A stretch of DNA of 64,000 bases from Euglena gracilis (taxonomy: Eukaryota), in assembly GCA_039621445.1 (NCBI GenBank), contig CP154954.1, positions 41,533,572 through 41,597,571 on the forward strand, given 5' to 3'. The position numbers were made by a program, and so were the translations under genes. The notes below the pieces were generated by a model that was given only the letters and a program-made list of their open reading frames with translations, did not search any database and had not been told where the DNA came from. Below are positions 22,590 through 37,727 of the stretch, one piece after another (within the stretch, counting starts at the first letter, position 1; every line of letters begins with the position of its first letter).

Positions 22590-25500
22590 GGGGCAGCCCT
22601 GGTCGACCAGGTACTCAAACACGTACGGCAGCGTGGACTCCTGGATGACGGAGTTGGACTGGGCCCCCGCATCCAGCAGCTCCCGCACGATGTCCTTGGA
22701 GCCCAAGAGAGACGGGGCAGGGGGGCCCTCGACGCAGGCCTTAGCGCATCCCTGGCCAAACTGTCCCCAAACTACACCGCCGTCCCTGAGGTTACTAACC
22801 ATCCGCGAAGGAATTTCAGTGAAACATGGCCTAGAGAATCCCAACTGTGCGTCGGTGCGTAAAGCAAGTTTGCATTATCCGTTTGGAGTCCAGCCTGTCA
22901 AAAAAAAAAATTTCAACCAGGTGGTCTGGGGAACATTTTCATACAGACCCATTTGATGGCGGTCAGCTAAACACTGGCAGCAGCAGCAGCAGTCTCATGC
23001 ACATGCCCCACAGCGCCTCCCCGGGTGCCTCCATGAGGAGGGTGAGGAAGTGCTGGTTGCGCATTGACAGAAACAGTGCCTTCTCATTGATCTTCGTGGA
23101 GTCCTTGTCCTCTTCAACCACCATCTCCTTCAATTGGTCCTGCAGCACCGACAGCTGGCGGGAGCGCACAATTTGGAACAGTTGCAACGGAGGGCGGTGC
23201 GCATGTTCTACGGCATTGGTGGCCTGAAATGACGCCACGATGAGGGTCATATTTTCAACAAGCCTCCATTTCTATAATAAAAAAAACAACCAAAAATCAA
23301 AAAAAATCTAAAAAATCGATCCAATAAAAAAAACCTAAACCCAAAAATGTCAAGGAATGAATGCTGGCTGGTGTTGTCTCCCAAAAGCTCGGGAGAAAGT
23401 GTGTGGAGGTGGCCCAGTAAACAGTGTTCCATGTAAACAAAATGATCAACTCAGATGATCAACTTGGACCAGATCCAACAGATGGCTGACCACAGATAGG
23501 CTGGGCGGCCTTAACCCCTGCCGATGTGATGCCACAACGTGGAATGGGCCCAAGGTCACACAAGGTCACACGCCGGGTGAAGGGCGGCACCACCATCCCG
23601 GAGGGCCCGCTGCGCCCCGCCCTCTCCCCTCCATCTGCGGGGAGTAGGAGAGGTAGTGGATCATGGTGGCGATGAACGGGTACAGGTTCTCCTTGCTCTC
23701 CCCGTGCTTGAGGTCCGCCCCCACCGCCTTGCCGTAGCCGGAGGCGACGATGGTGGCGAACGTGCCGTAGATCTCCTCGTCCGACATGCGGCCGATGAGG
23801 CCCTTCGCCTCGTTGCGGGCAGGAGCTGGCCAGCGGATGGACACCCCATGGAGCCATCGGTCAAATGCTGGGGTTGTGGGTCGGACGTGAGGGGCAGGCA
23901 GACACCAGGCCAGGGTTACGGGAGGAGGATGTTTTGTTGGAGGAGTCTCTCAAGCCTCCTCGGACGTGCTCGAACGACATTTGAGGAGGTTCGAGAACCT
24001 GCTTGAAAGGCGTTTGAGCTCGTTCAAGGAGGCTCGAGAGCCTCCTCAAATGTCGTTTGAGGTCGTTCAAAGAGGCTCTCGTCTAATGTTATTCGAGGTG
24101 GACCTTTCACCCAGTCTCCAGAACACCACCTGGTACTGGCAATTTCCAAACAGGAAAAGCGGCGGGCAAGAACCTGGACCCTCAAATACCTGGACCCTTA
24201 AAACGAACTTTGTGCTCCTTTGCGCACACGTGGAAAGGAACACGAGAAATTTTTCGTGTTTGATCGGCTGCCTAAAGGGGGTGGGGGACCCAAAGAAAGG
24301 CAACATTCAAAAAAAAATATGGGAAAGAACCTGGGATGGTTCAAAGACAAGGAGTGTTTGGTTGGAATGGGGGGGGGGGTTCGACCCGTATGGCTGGAAG
24401 AGTGGCAACGTTGTGGTTCTCTGGAAACCTTCCCGGTGACAGCACTGTGGGGCAAAGCGAATGGCAGTTCCCAGCCCCAACCCCCCGCTGTGTGCACTGT
24501 GGCGGTTTTTTTGTGCCTTTTATCCCTTCTTCTGGCCTGGCGCTGTTGTTCGCCTCTAGCCCAACCCCCCCCCTGCAGCCCATCCTGGGCGTAGGTAGTC
24601 TTCATGCCGGTCACCTCCGAGTTGCCGGTCAGCGGGTGGGAGCTGGGGATCCTCTCCATCAGGAACAGCCCCACCTTCTGCAGCCATGTGTTGCCGGACT
24701 CCACCTTGAGGCTCGCTAGCGGCATCCGGAGGTCGTGCATCAGGATGACCTCTGCGTCGCCCCGCAGGGCCCCAGTCCTGCACCCACACTGCCGGACCGG
24801 ACACCATTGCTGCCAGGGGGGGGGGGTGGCGGTCCGACATGGGAAACAGCCACCGGGGTACAGACCAGAATGAGGGCGGCCCTGGGCCAGGGCCATGGAG
24901 GGAGAGGGGGCGGGCAGGGAGCGGTGGTGGATGATGTGGAACGACAGCCGCTTCAGCACCGTCAGGAGCGGGCTGGTGGTGAAGGGGTAGCGGGAGGTGC
25001 TGGACGGCCGCCCGCCCCTGCAGTCCCTCCCCCACCCACGCTGCTGTGGGACGAGCACTGGGCCTTCACACAAACCTTCCAACGTTCAGAGGAAAACTAG
25101 AATTTGGAGGAGAGGGGTGAAACGCTGTCAAAAAAGGCTGTCAACAATGGGAAATACCACCAAAGCCGGACTTCGCTGAGTCGGTGGAGGACCAGGTTCA
25201 GGTACAAAGCCAGATGGGGAGGGTCCAAACCATGCCATTGCTCACCGATCCCCAGGGGGGGGGGTCACTTTCTGCTTTCAAAAAACCTGTCAGTCACTTT
25301 TCGGGGGGGGGGTCGGTCACTTTGGTCATTTGGGCCAAAAAAAAATACCAAAACCAAATTTTTTGGCCAAAAAAAACAAAAAAGTCCCAGCGCCTTCGGT
25401 GGCAGGTGCCCCTCGGGAGGGTCTGGCCCAATACTCATCAGTCACCCTGAAAAAACCAGCCAGTAACCTCCCCCAGGGATGGCGTCGAAAAAGGGAGAAG

Positions 25501-25800
25501 AGGGGATTAATGGTGTGTTCAGAATCAGAATGCCAAACCTGCGGGGGACTGTGACCCGAAACCAGTCACAATCCACCCCCCCCGCCTCTTGGGCAGCAGT
25601 GAAAGCTACTTGCAAATGGAGTATGTTTCACCCTCCTCCCCCGTCCTGCCCCCAAACCCCCCCACCACCACTACCACCGCTGGCAGGGGTGGGGGCAGGT
25701 GCTCCACAAGGTCCTCCCCCATGCTGGCCGGAGGCTCAGAGTCCTCCTGCCCATCCCCATCGTCGTCCAGCCGCGGCAGGAACAGAGGGCTTTTTTGTAC
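22590..25800 (-). CDS. Orphan multi-exon gene, middle exons (helical globular region)
   Basis: Exons near 25800-25678, 25240-25167, 25017-~24920, 24777-~24582, 23825-~23620, 23223-~22980, ~22703-22595. Peptides include VILMHDLRMPLASLKVESGNTWLQKVGLFLMERIP, IYGTFATIVASGYGKAVGADLK and LQDQLKEMVVEEDKDSTKINEKALFLSMR. Confidence 0.7.
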
Positions 25801-26316
25801 CTGGGTCGACACCCACCCATCCATCCACTCACCCCTGCGAGAGGCCTTGGGGAAGGGAGGCTCAGGGGACCCACCTTTGAGGGGTCAATTTTGGGGTCAA
25901 ATTTAAACGCCTCGTGCCAAGAATGGAAAGCCCCTCCAGGAGTATTCACTCGGTCTGATCCCCACCGCTGGGGGGGGGTGCTATGGGAGGTTGGATCATG
26001 TTTGGCTGGCCACAGCCAGATGGCTGTGGCCAACCAAGCTGCTTCATCTCAACTGACTGGTTGGATTGCGGCCGGCTGCGGACAACCTCTTTTTACACCC
26101 AACAGGTTGACACATCTCTGCGGCTGGATCGCCTTTGGGTCGCGGCTGGCCGCAGCCCAACCAATTATTGAACAAATCAGGAATTGATCAGGTTACTATT
26201 TGAAGGGGTAGGGTTCGGGTTAAAAGATTCTCATTCAAACAATTGAACCTCCTGCCCTGCTCAACGTTGCTTTTGAGGGGGACCCTCACTCAGCACCTTC
26301 TTTGCCTTGCTCAGAC

Positions 26317-26746
26317 CAGGCTGTTGTTTACCAACCCCGGGGGGAGGGGGTCCGGAGAGCCTATGAGTGCCTGCCCAGGCAGGCACTACCCCCCCCCGGG
26401 GGTCGGATTTGGGCCTGTGCCCAGGCACATTCCTTTGAAAATAGGCCATTTTGGGATCCCCGGCGCCTTCAGCGCTGGGTCTGTGCTAGGGCACTTTTGG
26501 CCGTGTGCCCTACCCCCCCCCCGGGGGGCCGGGGGGGTCAGATTTGGAGTGCCTTGGAGTGCCTGCCCAGGCAGGCACCACCCCTTAGATGCACTTCGGC
26601 TTCTGTCTGGTTTAAGGCCTGGCGCTGCACTCCGCTTCTCGCCCTTTCTTCGGAGCAACTCGCAATAATTATCCAACCCCATATTCACTGGGACTTCAAC
26701 CCCCCCCCCCCGGGGTGGGGTCGGCACCCGACTAAAATACAGCCTG
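26317..26746. mobile_element. hAT-type MITE
   Basis: Termini CAGGCTGT...ACAGCCTG; perfect 8-bp TSD GCTCAGAC (26309-26316, 26747-26754). Confidence 0.85.
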
Positions 26747-27105
26747 GCTCAGACCCCCTTTGGGGTAGCTGGTACCCTGAAGTGCCAATGTATCACGCCA
26801 GTTTGCACACACATTGCGATCACAAGACCCGTACTCTGAGGGAATTCTCTGGTTGTATTCATTTCTGGCTGTGGCTGGCTGCTGCCGGCCGCAGTTCCAA
26901 CCAATGTATTTCCAGCAACATCTGTGGTAGGATCTGCAGCCGGTTGTGCCAGCCAAAGTTCAAAAGAGAAAAAAACTTAATTCGGCCGGCAGCGGCTCGC
27001 CACGGTAACCAAACCTCCCATTGCACACCTCCCCCACCCCTCCCCGGGGGTGGGGGGGGGGTCGCACTGGGACCAACCCACTCCACCCGCTATGGGTGAC
27101 CAACC

Positions 27106-30100
27106 TTGAAAAAGCCTCTGGGCAGGAAGTTCAACTGGTTCTGCAGCCAGTCCAGCGCCAGCACAAACCGCTTCTGGCAGCAGGGCCCTTCCCTTGGTGT
27201 GTGAACCAGAGGATTTTGGGATCTGGGGCGACAATCCATCCACCTTGGGGGAGGGGTTTTTTTGGGGTCCAAAATGGCGCAAAGTCACAGGTGGCAGAGA
27301 TCCCTTTGGAGGATGCCTGCTCGGCTGAGCCTTCATAAAAAAAAATCTCACTAACGACGGGTCGCATTGCCCGAAAATTTCTGGTGATTTGTGCCACAAA
27401 TTTCAGTGAAGGAAACCTCCCCGCCCCCCTAAGAAACCTGGCGGGGCCCTGCCCTTGGAAGTGCCCAAATAACCTGGCGGGGGGGGGGGGAGGGCAAGGC
27501 AAAAAAAGATGGTTCCGGGAACTTGGCACCCTGTCGAGCAGTTGGGGGGGGGGGGGCTGTCACAAGCCCAGCCCGAGATGAAGAGGGGAAAATGGCGCTG
27601 CACGTGACAATCCGTAGAACGTCTTCTGGAAAGACGTGGTGCCGACCTTGGGGAGGTGCATTGTGACGTACGTGTCCTCCAGGTCGCCCCCAGGCCCCCG
27701 GGCCCTGCGACCAGGCGGCTCTCCCACGCTGCAACCAGGCACGCAGCACATGTCACACGGACTTCAGCGCATGAAGAATAGATGCACCGTTGCACCGTTC
27801 CCAGCCGCCAACGCCCAACCCATATCCCACCGTTTGGAGTCGGCCGCGGCGGCCTGCCCGTCGCGCTCGGCGAGGTACATGAGGAACTCCCGCATCACGC
27901 GGGTCAGGCGGGGCTCCACCATCTTGCCCCCGGCGGTGGGCGACTCCAGCATGGGCGGGAGCTGGGGGCGCCGCTGGTGGGGCAGGACGAAACCGCTGCG
28001 GCTCCGCAGCACGGGCCCCTCTGCCGCCTCGGGGGCAGGGCGGTACTGGCAGGGGTCGGACCCCCCATGGGGTTTCGGGGGTTCCTGTTCAGCCTGGCCC
28101 AGGGTGGGGGCCTGCAGTGGCGTCAGTGACCCAATTGGGCCATCAACAACGAAACCCGGCATAGACGTTAACCCGCAAGGTCATGGGTTGGGCTGGTCCC
28201 CCGGTCCATATGAGGAGGCCAGCTGTGTTTTTCCCGCTCGGGGGAGGTGGGGGGGGGGGGTTGGTGGGGAAACACATCGGTCGATTCTCTTCTGGCACAC
28301 AACTTCCTGCTTCCTGGTGGGCCGGAAGCGACTGGTTGCTGACCAGTACCACAGGTGGGGGTGCCCAACCCAGACTTCAGAGATTGGGAGGGTCCAAAAA
28401 ATGCAGTTTCCTCAATCCTGAGTGAAACCACGACAGTGAACATAAGATGTGAAAACATACCACCCACCCACCCAATATTCACAACGATTTGACGCTGCAT
28501 GAGGCGCACAACTGACACCTGCCAAAATACTCTGTTGGGATTTTTGGCAGTAATAATAATAAATGTTGGGATTTTTGCACAAAAAAGACGACCCGTGAAT
28601 GATGAAAGTCATGCCATCGTGTCCCCTGAGGGCAAAAAGAAAGGGGAAAGGGGACCGTGGCCTCCAGCCAGTCGTTGGCAAAGAAGAAGAAGTCGGCAGG
28701 CTTTTGGTTGATTGCACCTAGGCCACTGCTGCAAAGTGGCGTCGGCCAGTCTGTCACTGGAAACCTTTGACCGCCACCCTCAACCCCAACCTGCTGACAG
28801 GTTTGAAGAACCACCCCCCAAATTCCGAAGTTGATACTAAATGCAACTGCCCACTTTCATGAGAAACCCAAAAAAGGCCTAAAAAAATTCACATATTCAC
28901 AGATATATATATATATATATATTCAAAAATTCACAGATTCACATCCCTAGAGACCCATCTGGGCTCTCCAGGTGGGCCCGTGTCCCGGTAAAAAAAAAAA
29001 GTAAAGTGTGGAGGGTTAATGTTTAAGAGCGCAAGGTGAAACAGTCCTTTTGCAACTAGGAGGGACCCATTTTCACAGCTGTGTTGGTTTTCGCAAAAAA
29101 AAAACTGTGACGACCTCCCAAAAAAACGATTTCAAAAAAAGTATCTTGAATTTCCCCGAGTTGGGATAAGTGCGAAATCCTCATCGTCCAGAAGGTGGTG
29201 GCTTGGGAGATTTGGGGGGGGGGGTAGCAACATGCTCCTCAATCAGGCATTTTGATATCTTTCACTGTTCACTTTTTTCAACATTACTTCGTTCAAAAAC
29301 GTGGTTGTTGCACGTTCTCCCAAACCCCCAAGAATTGACCTGGTTGTGTCGATGAGGAAGTCCTTCAGCAGAGAACGCAGGGTGCGGTTTTCTGGGTGCT
29401 CCAGAGCCCGCCGCACATCGTCTGAGATTGGGGCCACGGGAGCCAAGGCAGGAAAGATCCAGGCAATTAGAAGCATTAAATTTAAAAGTCAAAAAAGTGA
29501 TCAAATTGATTTCCGTTTGTTGAAGTACTTTCGCAACCTTCTGCTGCTTCTGTGACTAACCTTCCCTTTGGGGAACTGCTGCCAGGGAAAGAGGCATGGC
29601 CACAGTGAGGCATGGCCCCTGTGCTCTCCACGTGGACGGTGCGCAGCACTTCCTCATTGTACGACGCCGGTTTCAACGGCCTGCAGGCCCCTGTATGGAA
29701 AGCCACAGCCCTCCTGGGCCCAGCCAAGACACCTGATTGCACACCGGCCAGAAAAGGCCAGAGAACCTTTTTCTGGTCCTGGAGCCCAAACACCCCACAC
29801 CGCACTTCGTCAGTCTCCCCTCCTCCCCAGCCATCCGGCGTCGCTGGACCAAAGCCGGCCCCGGTGCCCCCCCCCCCACACGGTGGGCCGCGCCGGCCGC
29901 TGGGCACCACGGCGCGGGCCAGCCAGCCGGGGGTCTGGAAGCAGCGGAACACGATATGGGACGGCACGGCGAACACCGCCAGCAGGGCGGCATCCTCGAC
30001 GGGCAGCATAAGGAACGCCCGCACGCAGTCCACCAGCGTCTCCACCGTGAGCGGCTTGCGGCGGGACCCGAGGGCGGCGGCCCGCCCCGGCGAGTCCCCC

Positions 30101-33100
30101 GCAGCGCCAACTGACAGAAAATAACCTGAAGACGTCGCCTGCAGGAAGCACATCCAACGGGGAAAACTCGCGAAAAAATTTTGAAAACCGTGCAGTGAAA
30201 ATCTGCAAAATTCCACGAAATGCACATTCCTCAAAGCTTTTATTGGCGGGGAAGGCAAATTTCACGCAGAAAACACACAAAAACCCCACAAATTTTCAGA
30301 TGATAAAAGGCGCCAACCATGAAAAGAGCATCCCCCCCCCCCCGCCACCATTTTCCACCCCCAAGCTCCTATGGCACCCACGTGCCACGCCAAGAAAGAG
30401 AATCGTGCCAGCTGGAAAATGGGGCATGGGATGACACTGGTCTGAGTCAGTGGATTTGAAGTGCTGCACCACGTGCTGGATCCTGGGCAGGCGATGCCTG
30501 TTGGTGAGAGCCCCTTTCGGACAGCCCCTTTCCACTGGACACAGGACCCAAATGGCGGGGGGGGGCTAGTTCATGATATGAGGTTGCTGAAAAAAGCTTG
30601 CTTGGGGGGGGGGTGACTGGTGGGAATTATGTGACTTGACTGGTCATTCTTAAAAAGTGACCTCCCTCATACCTTAAAACAACCAGAAACTGTGCCCAGC
30701 ATCCAAAACAGCCTAATTATTGCTAGAACAAGAAAACAGCCTAATTGCTGCTCAGTGCTTTTTGGCATAATTCCCTGCATTTTGGGGGAGAATATTTTTG
30801 CTGAAGGGCTATATGCAGGGCTGATATAAAGCCAACGGGATCATAAAAAAAATATGACCCCCGTTGCGAATTTTCTTATTGACAAGTCGCGGAGTGATAA
30901 CGATGACCTATGGGCTGATTGAGGTAATTTCGGTTCCGGTGGGGTCCAACCTAGACAAGTTCACCCAGGTCGGACTTGGGGAGAAATGACTAGGCTTGAT
31001 AAAAATGGCCATTTTCAAAAACCATGCCGCTTCGGTGCAGGGGCTGTGCTAAAATATTGCCATAAACTTGACCCCTTCTGAGGCGGTGGGGGTCGGGGCC
31101 CCCGCCTGGGCATGTGGCAGAAGAGGTGGGCGAGGCCGTCGTCGAGGCTGACCGGCACCCACGGCGGCAGCCGAAACAGGTCCCGCAGGATGTGTACTGC
31201 CGCGACGTTGGTCCCGCTTGGCTGCCGCCGCGACGACTCGCTGCCGTCCGCCTCCTCCGCCTCCTCCGCCTCCTCCATCTCGGCCGCCTCCTCCTCCTCC
31301 GCCGCCTCGCCCTCACCGTCGCCGCCTGCGCTGCCCTTGTTGTCCTCCACATATATCTTGGCCTCGGGCTGGGGCCCGGCGTCACCACCACGCCCCCCAT
31401 CCTGGTTTACCCAACCGACAACATTGTGGGGAGTGGGTGGATGACTCGTATGGTGGCCAGTTGGTGCAACGAACGAAGAATCAGGAAGCGGTAAATGTAT
31501 TAGTGCGGCACCACACCCACACACACACATACACACACACAAACTGGCGGCTTCAGAATGCAACCCTGTGTGTCAGGGAGAGGGGCAATCCACATGGATG
31601 GACAGTGTGTTCCTCGGGCTGCTCCTCTTCCTCCTCTGCCCCTGGCTGCGGCTCTGCCTCCCCTCCAAAAAGGGCCTCCGCCTCGTCCTCAGCAATGGAC
31701 TGCTCCTCTGCTGCCTCCGTCTCCGCATCCGCCTCCGCCTGGATGGAATGGCAGGGAGGCTTCGCCTGGCTGGAGCCAAACCCCATCAAAACCACCCGAA
31801 CCCAGGAACATTTTGGAGAACTGAAATTTGGTAGAAACCCACCTCAAAAAAACCCTCAAAAAAACCATTGTTGAGCACTTCATGAAAATCCAATGTAAAT
31901 ACTGATTCGTGATTTTCTGCTGCCCTGTCTTAATGGAAAATAAGAAATATAGAACTTCCCAAAATATAAACCTCCTAGGGGCATGTGGCTTAAAGGGGCT
32001 TTAATATGGAAGCCACATGAAAGCCCCCCCCTCCCGGGAAAGTGTCAACGGGCTAGACACAGGCGGCATGGAAAGGGGAAAACCCTAAGAAAAAAATTCC
32101 ACCCCGTGGCAGCTTTGACAATAATTTTTGATTAAAAAAATGGTCCCAGCTGGATGTTTCTGAAGACTGGTGGAAGTTGAACAAAATGACCTGAAACACG
32201 TCGGAAAGCACATACGATTTTAACCTTTTTGGAACTTGGTTTTTCCGCACAAAAAAAACCAAATATAAACTCCTGAGGACCTTCAAATCCCGCCGAAATA
32301 AAAAGCCGGGAGTATATTTGGGGGGGGTTAGACTAATAACCACTTCCCAAGTGGACGTACCCTATGTCTATGAAAACAATGTGTTTTGTCCTTCATCACC
32401 GTGTAGGCGCAGAGGGTGAGCAACTTTTGGCCATCTGGCCGACCTCAGGGTGGAGAACACCCCCCCCCAGACTAACCCCAAGTTGGGGGGGGGGGGTGCC
32501 AAAACCAGCCCTAACCACTCGGGGGGGAAAAAACCATTTAACCTTTCAACCACCCCGGGGCTGAAATAATGGTATGCTCTGGACCCATCAGTTCACCATT
32601 TGGGGACACACCTCCTCCTCCTCGCCCTCATCCTCTGCTGCCGCCTCCTCCTCCTCTGCACCCACGGCTTCTGCCTCATTGCAAGCCTCTTCCGGGTCTC
32701 CCACCTCGTCGATGTCTCCTGTTGGGGATCGAGAGGCCTCAATGAGGGGGCCATCGCCAGAACAGACCGCGCCCACGGCCCATGGTGGCAGGGAGACACC
32801 TCCAGCCACCTCCGCTGGGTCGCCCAGAGCACAGGCCGCCGCGGCAGTTTCGGGTTGTGGCGCGGCCCCAGCGGTGTCCTCTGCGGGGGGAAGGAAGCCC
32901 CAAGCCGCCCAGAGAGGTGGGGGTGGGCAGTGATGCCTCGGGGAACTCGGCGGCACGCCAACCGCCGGTGCGATGATACAGGGGAACGGCATAGGAGGGT
33001 ATAGCAGAACGGGGCCGCCTCCATTTGGGGCATCAACAAGCCTCGGGTGTGTTCCGCCTCCGTCGATGGAGTAAACATACCCGGTTCATCGCCACTTGCC

Positions 33101-33493
33101 CATTTAACAAGGGAAAACCTCAAAACAAAAAAAACTCCCCGATGTGATTAGAACTGTGCAGGAAGGCCTGGTGGGGGGGGGTCGCCCCCACTCACCACAG
33201 CACCTGTGCAAGGAAAATTCTTTCCGCACCGAACGAAATTTTTGGCCAAAAAATTTTGTACCCCTGGAAATACAGGAAGGCTGGTGGGTGATGGGGTCGA
33301 ACCCCCCCACCCGGGGTGGGGGTCGACCCCCCCCACCCACCACCCATTCCCGTACAGTTCTTGGGTGCCCCATCTTGCACCCTTCATCCTGTTTCGTCAT
33401 TTGAGCACGACATTTTTTTCTCGCACAATGATACTTTCTGAGGATAACTGGGCTTCCCTGTCCCCCTGTCCCCCTGGGTCTATATATATGTAC

Positions 33494-33553
<60 letters not shown>

Positions 33554-34216
33554 GCACACACATATACAGACAGCATTTGGCGACTGAATACATAACCCTC
33601 TTTGCACGCCTTTGAATGGGAATCATAAAGATTGTCCACAAAATATATTTGTGTTTGAGGTAAATTTCATCCATCACTCATTCTGGAAAAAAAAAGTTTC
33701 AAAAGGTTGTTAATAATCCTTGAATGATTTAAAACTGAATGTAAAATGCAAAACCAATTCTGCCAAAATTGAAAAACATACAACAAACAGCCAATGTGCC
33801 CCTTTGACCCAATCTTCCCAAACCTTCAGCAAAATCTTTGATCATTTTCCCGCACCTCTTTTGAAAAAATATTGATGTGCCCAATTGTCGGAACTCCCTT
33901 CCATCTCCTCCCCTGTACCTTTTGGTGTCCTCCGCACTAATTCCGGGATTGGTGAGGCGGGGGGGGGGATTCAAGCAATCCTCCGCCACGCTTTGAACAC
34001 CACCTTCCAGGCACGTGCAGCCAGCTCGGCACCTGAAGGGCCCCCCGCCTCCGGTGGGCCCAGCGCTGCCTCCGGCGTTGCCTCCACCGGCAGTCCGGCG
34101 CCGGGCTCCGCCTCCTCCCGCCCCGCCGCTACCACGGCGGCGGCCAGCGCGGGGGCTGCCTCGGCCGGCGGGGGGAGAGGGAGGGGGGCGGCCTCCACCG
34201 GCTGAGGGGCCTCCGG
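27106..34216 (-). CDS. Orphan multi-exon gene, 5' part: Pro/Ala- and acidic-rich exons followed by globular-looking exons
   Basis: Exons 34216-34004, 32880-32612, 31738-31604, 31401-31106 (GC donor), 30497-30436, 30110-~29900, ~29691-29625, ~29421-29340, ~28725-28657, 28084-27831, ~27728-27603, ~27190-27106. Most neighbours are phase-compatible (the 34004 to 32880 link is not) and GC3 is high. Peptides include AEEEEAAEMEEAEEAEE, LTVETLVDCVRAFLMLP and VMREFLMYLAERD. Confidence 0.7.
33150..33361. mobile_element. Probable MITE
   Basis: GAACTGTGCAGGAA / TTCCCGTACAGTTC imperfect inverted ends; internal repeat CAGGAAGGC. Confidence 0.5.
33481..33566. repeat. (TA)n microsatellite
   Basis: Directly visible; a shorter one lies at ~28903-28922. 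Confidence 0.95.
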
Positions 34217-34994
34217 CTGTGAGAAAGGAGGGGGGCCTCCAGGAGGGAACGTTTGGGGGAAGCCACCGCCGTGGGCGGCCTTCCTCTCTGATTCCTGAAC
34301 AGTCCACATTCCGGGGCAAGGTGCGAGGCTCACCCAGCAGAGGCCCCGGGGATGCGGCAACCAACCGTTGGTTGCGCGATTTTTTTTACTGAATTTGACT
34401 TCTTTCAGGTTCGACCTTGCCAGATGGAGGAAGTAGGGTGCTTTGTTTTGCTCTTTGTGTCTTTATTGTGTGTCTTTTGCCCTTTTGAATAAAAACAAAG
34501 CAAAACAAACAAAAGGCAAAACTGTCCACAAAACAAACAAAACAAACAACATCACGCTTCTTTTAACATATCATTTTCTCAGTGGCAATGTTGGTGGAGA
34601 ACAGCGTGAATCTTGTGAATCACTGAATTTTTTTCAAAAGACCATCCTGTTGGAGGGACCCAGGTGACAGGTGTGGTCAAAGAGGCGCTGGGGGCACTTC
34701 GGACAGTGCATCAAACAAATGTTGAAAATAGCAATTGAAAATGGAACAGAAATGGGAACGGAATTGAATGGCAGACCCACGACATCATTTTTCCGTTTGT
34801 AGTGAGATTTCTCCGAAACCTCACTGCCCCTTTTGGCCACTGCGTGCGTTGTGCGCAGCATGAACCCTCTGCAATCCCTTCCTCCTTGGGACCCTAGAAT
34901 GCTGAATTTTTCAGCGAGGCCGACCCCACCCCCCTGGGTGCCCTAGAGTGCCCAGTCAGCACCCAGTGCCCTCAGGGCGGGGGGGGGGGGTTAA

Positions 34995-35218
34995 CCCCCC
35001 CCCAAATAACCTGGCGGGGCCCTTGCTCCTGGCGGGGGCCAAATAACTTGGTGGGGGGAGGGGTAAAAAAGGTGGTTGCAGTAACTTGGCACCCCCTTTT
35101 TTAGACAAAATTCCTTTATGGAGCTGAAAAGGGGGCCCAAATAACCTGGCAGGGGGGCAGGGCCAAAAGTTCGTTCCAATAAACTGGCACCCCGCCAGGT
35201 TATTTGGGGGGGGGGGGG
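34995..35218. mobile_element. piggyBac-type MITE
   Basis: TTAA on both sides; TIR CCCCCCCCCAAATAACCTGGCGGG; internal repeats of CCAAATAACCTGG. A related fragment lies at ~27420-27560. Confidence 0.8.
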
Positions 35219-36166
35219 TTAATGCCAGGAACCCTCCTCCCAATGGAATTGGTCAAATTCAGCAACCAAGCAACTGGAACCAAGAGTGAAACTGAAACCA
35301 ACAAAAGCGATGAAAACAACAAAAATGATTCAAAAATCATCATTTCCACTTGTGATTCAGAAAAAAATCATATAAAAAAATCATCAAGAGGGTGCCGTAT
35401 TGCGTCCAGGAAATCTGAAAAACAGAGATTCACCATATTTGAAAGACAGATATTACCATATCCAATCACGAAACGTCGGCCAAGCATGAAAGAGAGACTG
35501 AGATTAGACACAAACCACAAAGACGCTTTTCCCTCTCTCACAAACAAACATGTTCAGGGTTGTAAGATTCCGATGACTTTTTCTTGCAGTTATCTTCATC
35601 TCATCGGGCTGTTCTATAGTCTGTATTCTATAGTCGGGGAATTGTTTTCATTGTGCAACATAAAAGTGGAGCCCACACCGCAGTTACACCATGGTTACAC
35701 CATGGCGACACTGGGGTGGGCAATGTCCCTTAGCAGGGCAGAGGACAACGTTGTCTACAGTGTGCATGGGACATGGGGGAGACATTCAGGTCCATTGCCA
35801 TCCAATAATAAATGAAATGACAATGCCAATGACAAAACAACTCTGCCACTGTGCCAGCTGCTTTTGTCACACGTGGCCACAGCAGACGGCGTGTGGATGT
35901 TTGCCTTTTCATTCTGCCCAGTTGATATGCCAACAGTCAGTTGATTACTGTTCAAACACCGACTGGAAACTCTGAGGAATATTTCGACTTTGGGGGCCTA
36001 CAAAGCTATGCCTTCTTGGATTCGCTCCTCATTTCTTTGATTTTTCCCACAACGAGGTGATGCCCATTTCTGCTCCGGTGGATACAAATTCAATGTGTGT
36101 GAAGGGGAGAGTTATTGTGGCTTCTCTCTGGGATTTATGGGATCTTTTGCTCAGAGGGCAAGACAG

Positions 36167-36567
36167 TAAACCACCCAAATAATACCCCCCTCAAATAATA
36201 CCCCCCCCCCTCGGGGTCCGACTTCCGCCACCGAATTAATACCCTCCCCCCTAAATCTCGGGCCGACAACCCGGATTTTGACCTGAAAATTTGGGTAAAA
36301 ATCACAACTTCTGACAACAAATTACGAAAAAAAAATCGATTTTTCTGGATTATCTGGCCTCCAAAAATGCTAAATTGCATGAGAAAAGACAAAAAATGAC
36401 CCCAAAGGGGGGTTTTTGGGTGCTATTTTGGCTCCTATGGGACTTCAAAAATTTCGAAAAATTTGGGGTGCTATTACCCCCCCAAATAATACCCCCCCCC
36501 TCGGGCCAGGACTTCGGGCGAAAAAATAATACCCCGGGGGGGGTATTACTTGGGGGGAGGGGGTTAG
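36167..36567. mobile_element. MITE family (CCAAATAATACC motif), copy 1
   Basis: Inverted ends; reverse-complement homolog of 50219-50620 over ~400 bp. Confidence 0.8.
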
Positions 36568-36959
36568 CTGGTTTACTGGATTTTGCCAGTTATGGAAAAT
36601 GCGGCGAGACGAAAATTGTTGGATCAAATTTGCCAACATTTTTGATTGGAATCATTTTTTGCCATCATGCGAATCAAATGGGTCATCAGGGGGTCGACCC
36701 TTTTCCTTTCAAACAATCATTTTACAAATGTTTTGGAGAGGGTGGGATCTCTGATTTTGATGCATTGCACACAACTACAAAGCACACCGGGTTCAGCACG
36801 GAGGCAACCAGCGTCAGTGCAAGTAGGCTGTTTTTGACACTCCCATGGGACGTGTGCCAATTCCACACCAACACACAACCACATGCACACCACAAGAGTG
36901 CGTGTGGTTGTGGGGGTGCGGGTGAGTGTGAGTGCTTGCATGTGGGTGGGCGGGTGTGG

Positions 36960-37727
<768 letters not shown>

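Noticed and set aside
26860..26935. Exon-like ILPQMLLEIHWLELRP
   Set aside because: It shares GCCGGCCGCAG..CCAACCAAT motifs with 26055-26165, so it is probably repeat-derived; the flanking exons join in phase without it.
23190..29360. MULE transposase reading of the orphan gene (FLIDTT ... TNAVEHAH)
   Set aside because: Only short motif resemblance; the intervening sequence, spacing and lack of a CxxH motif do not support it.
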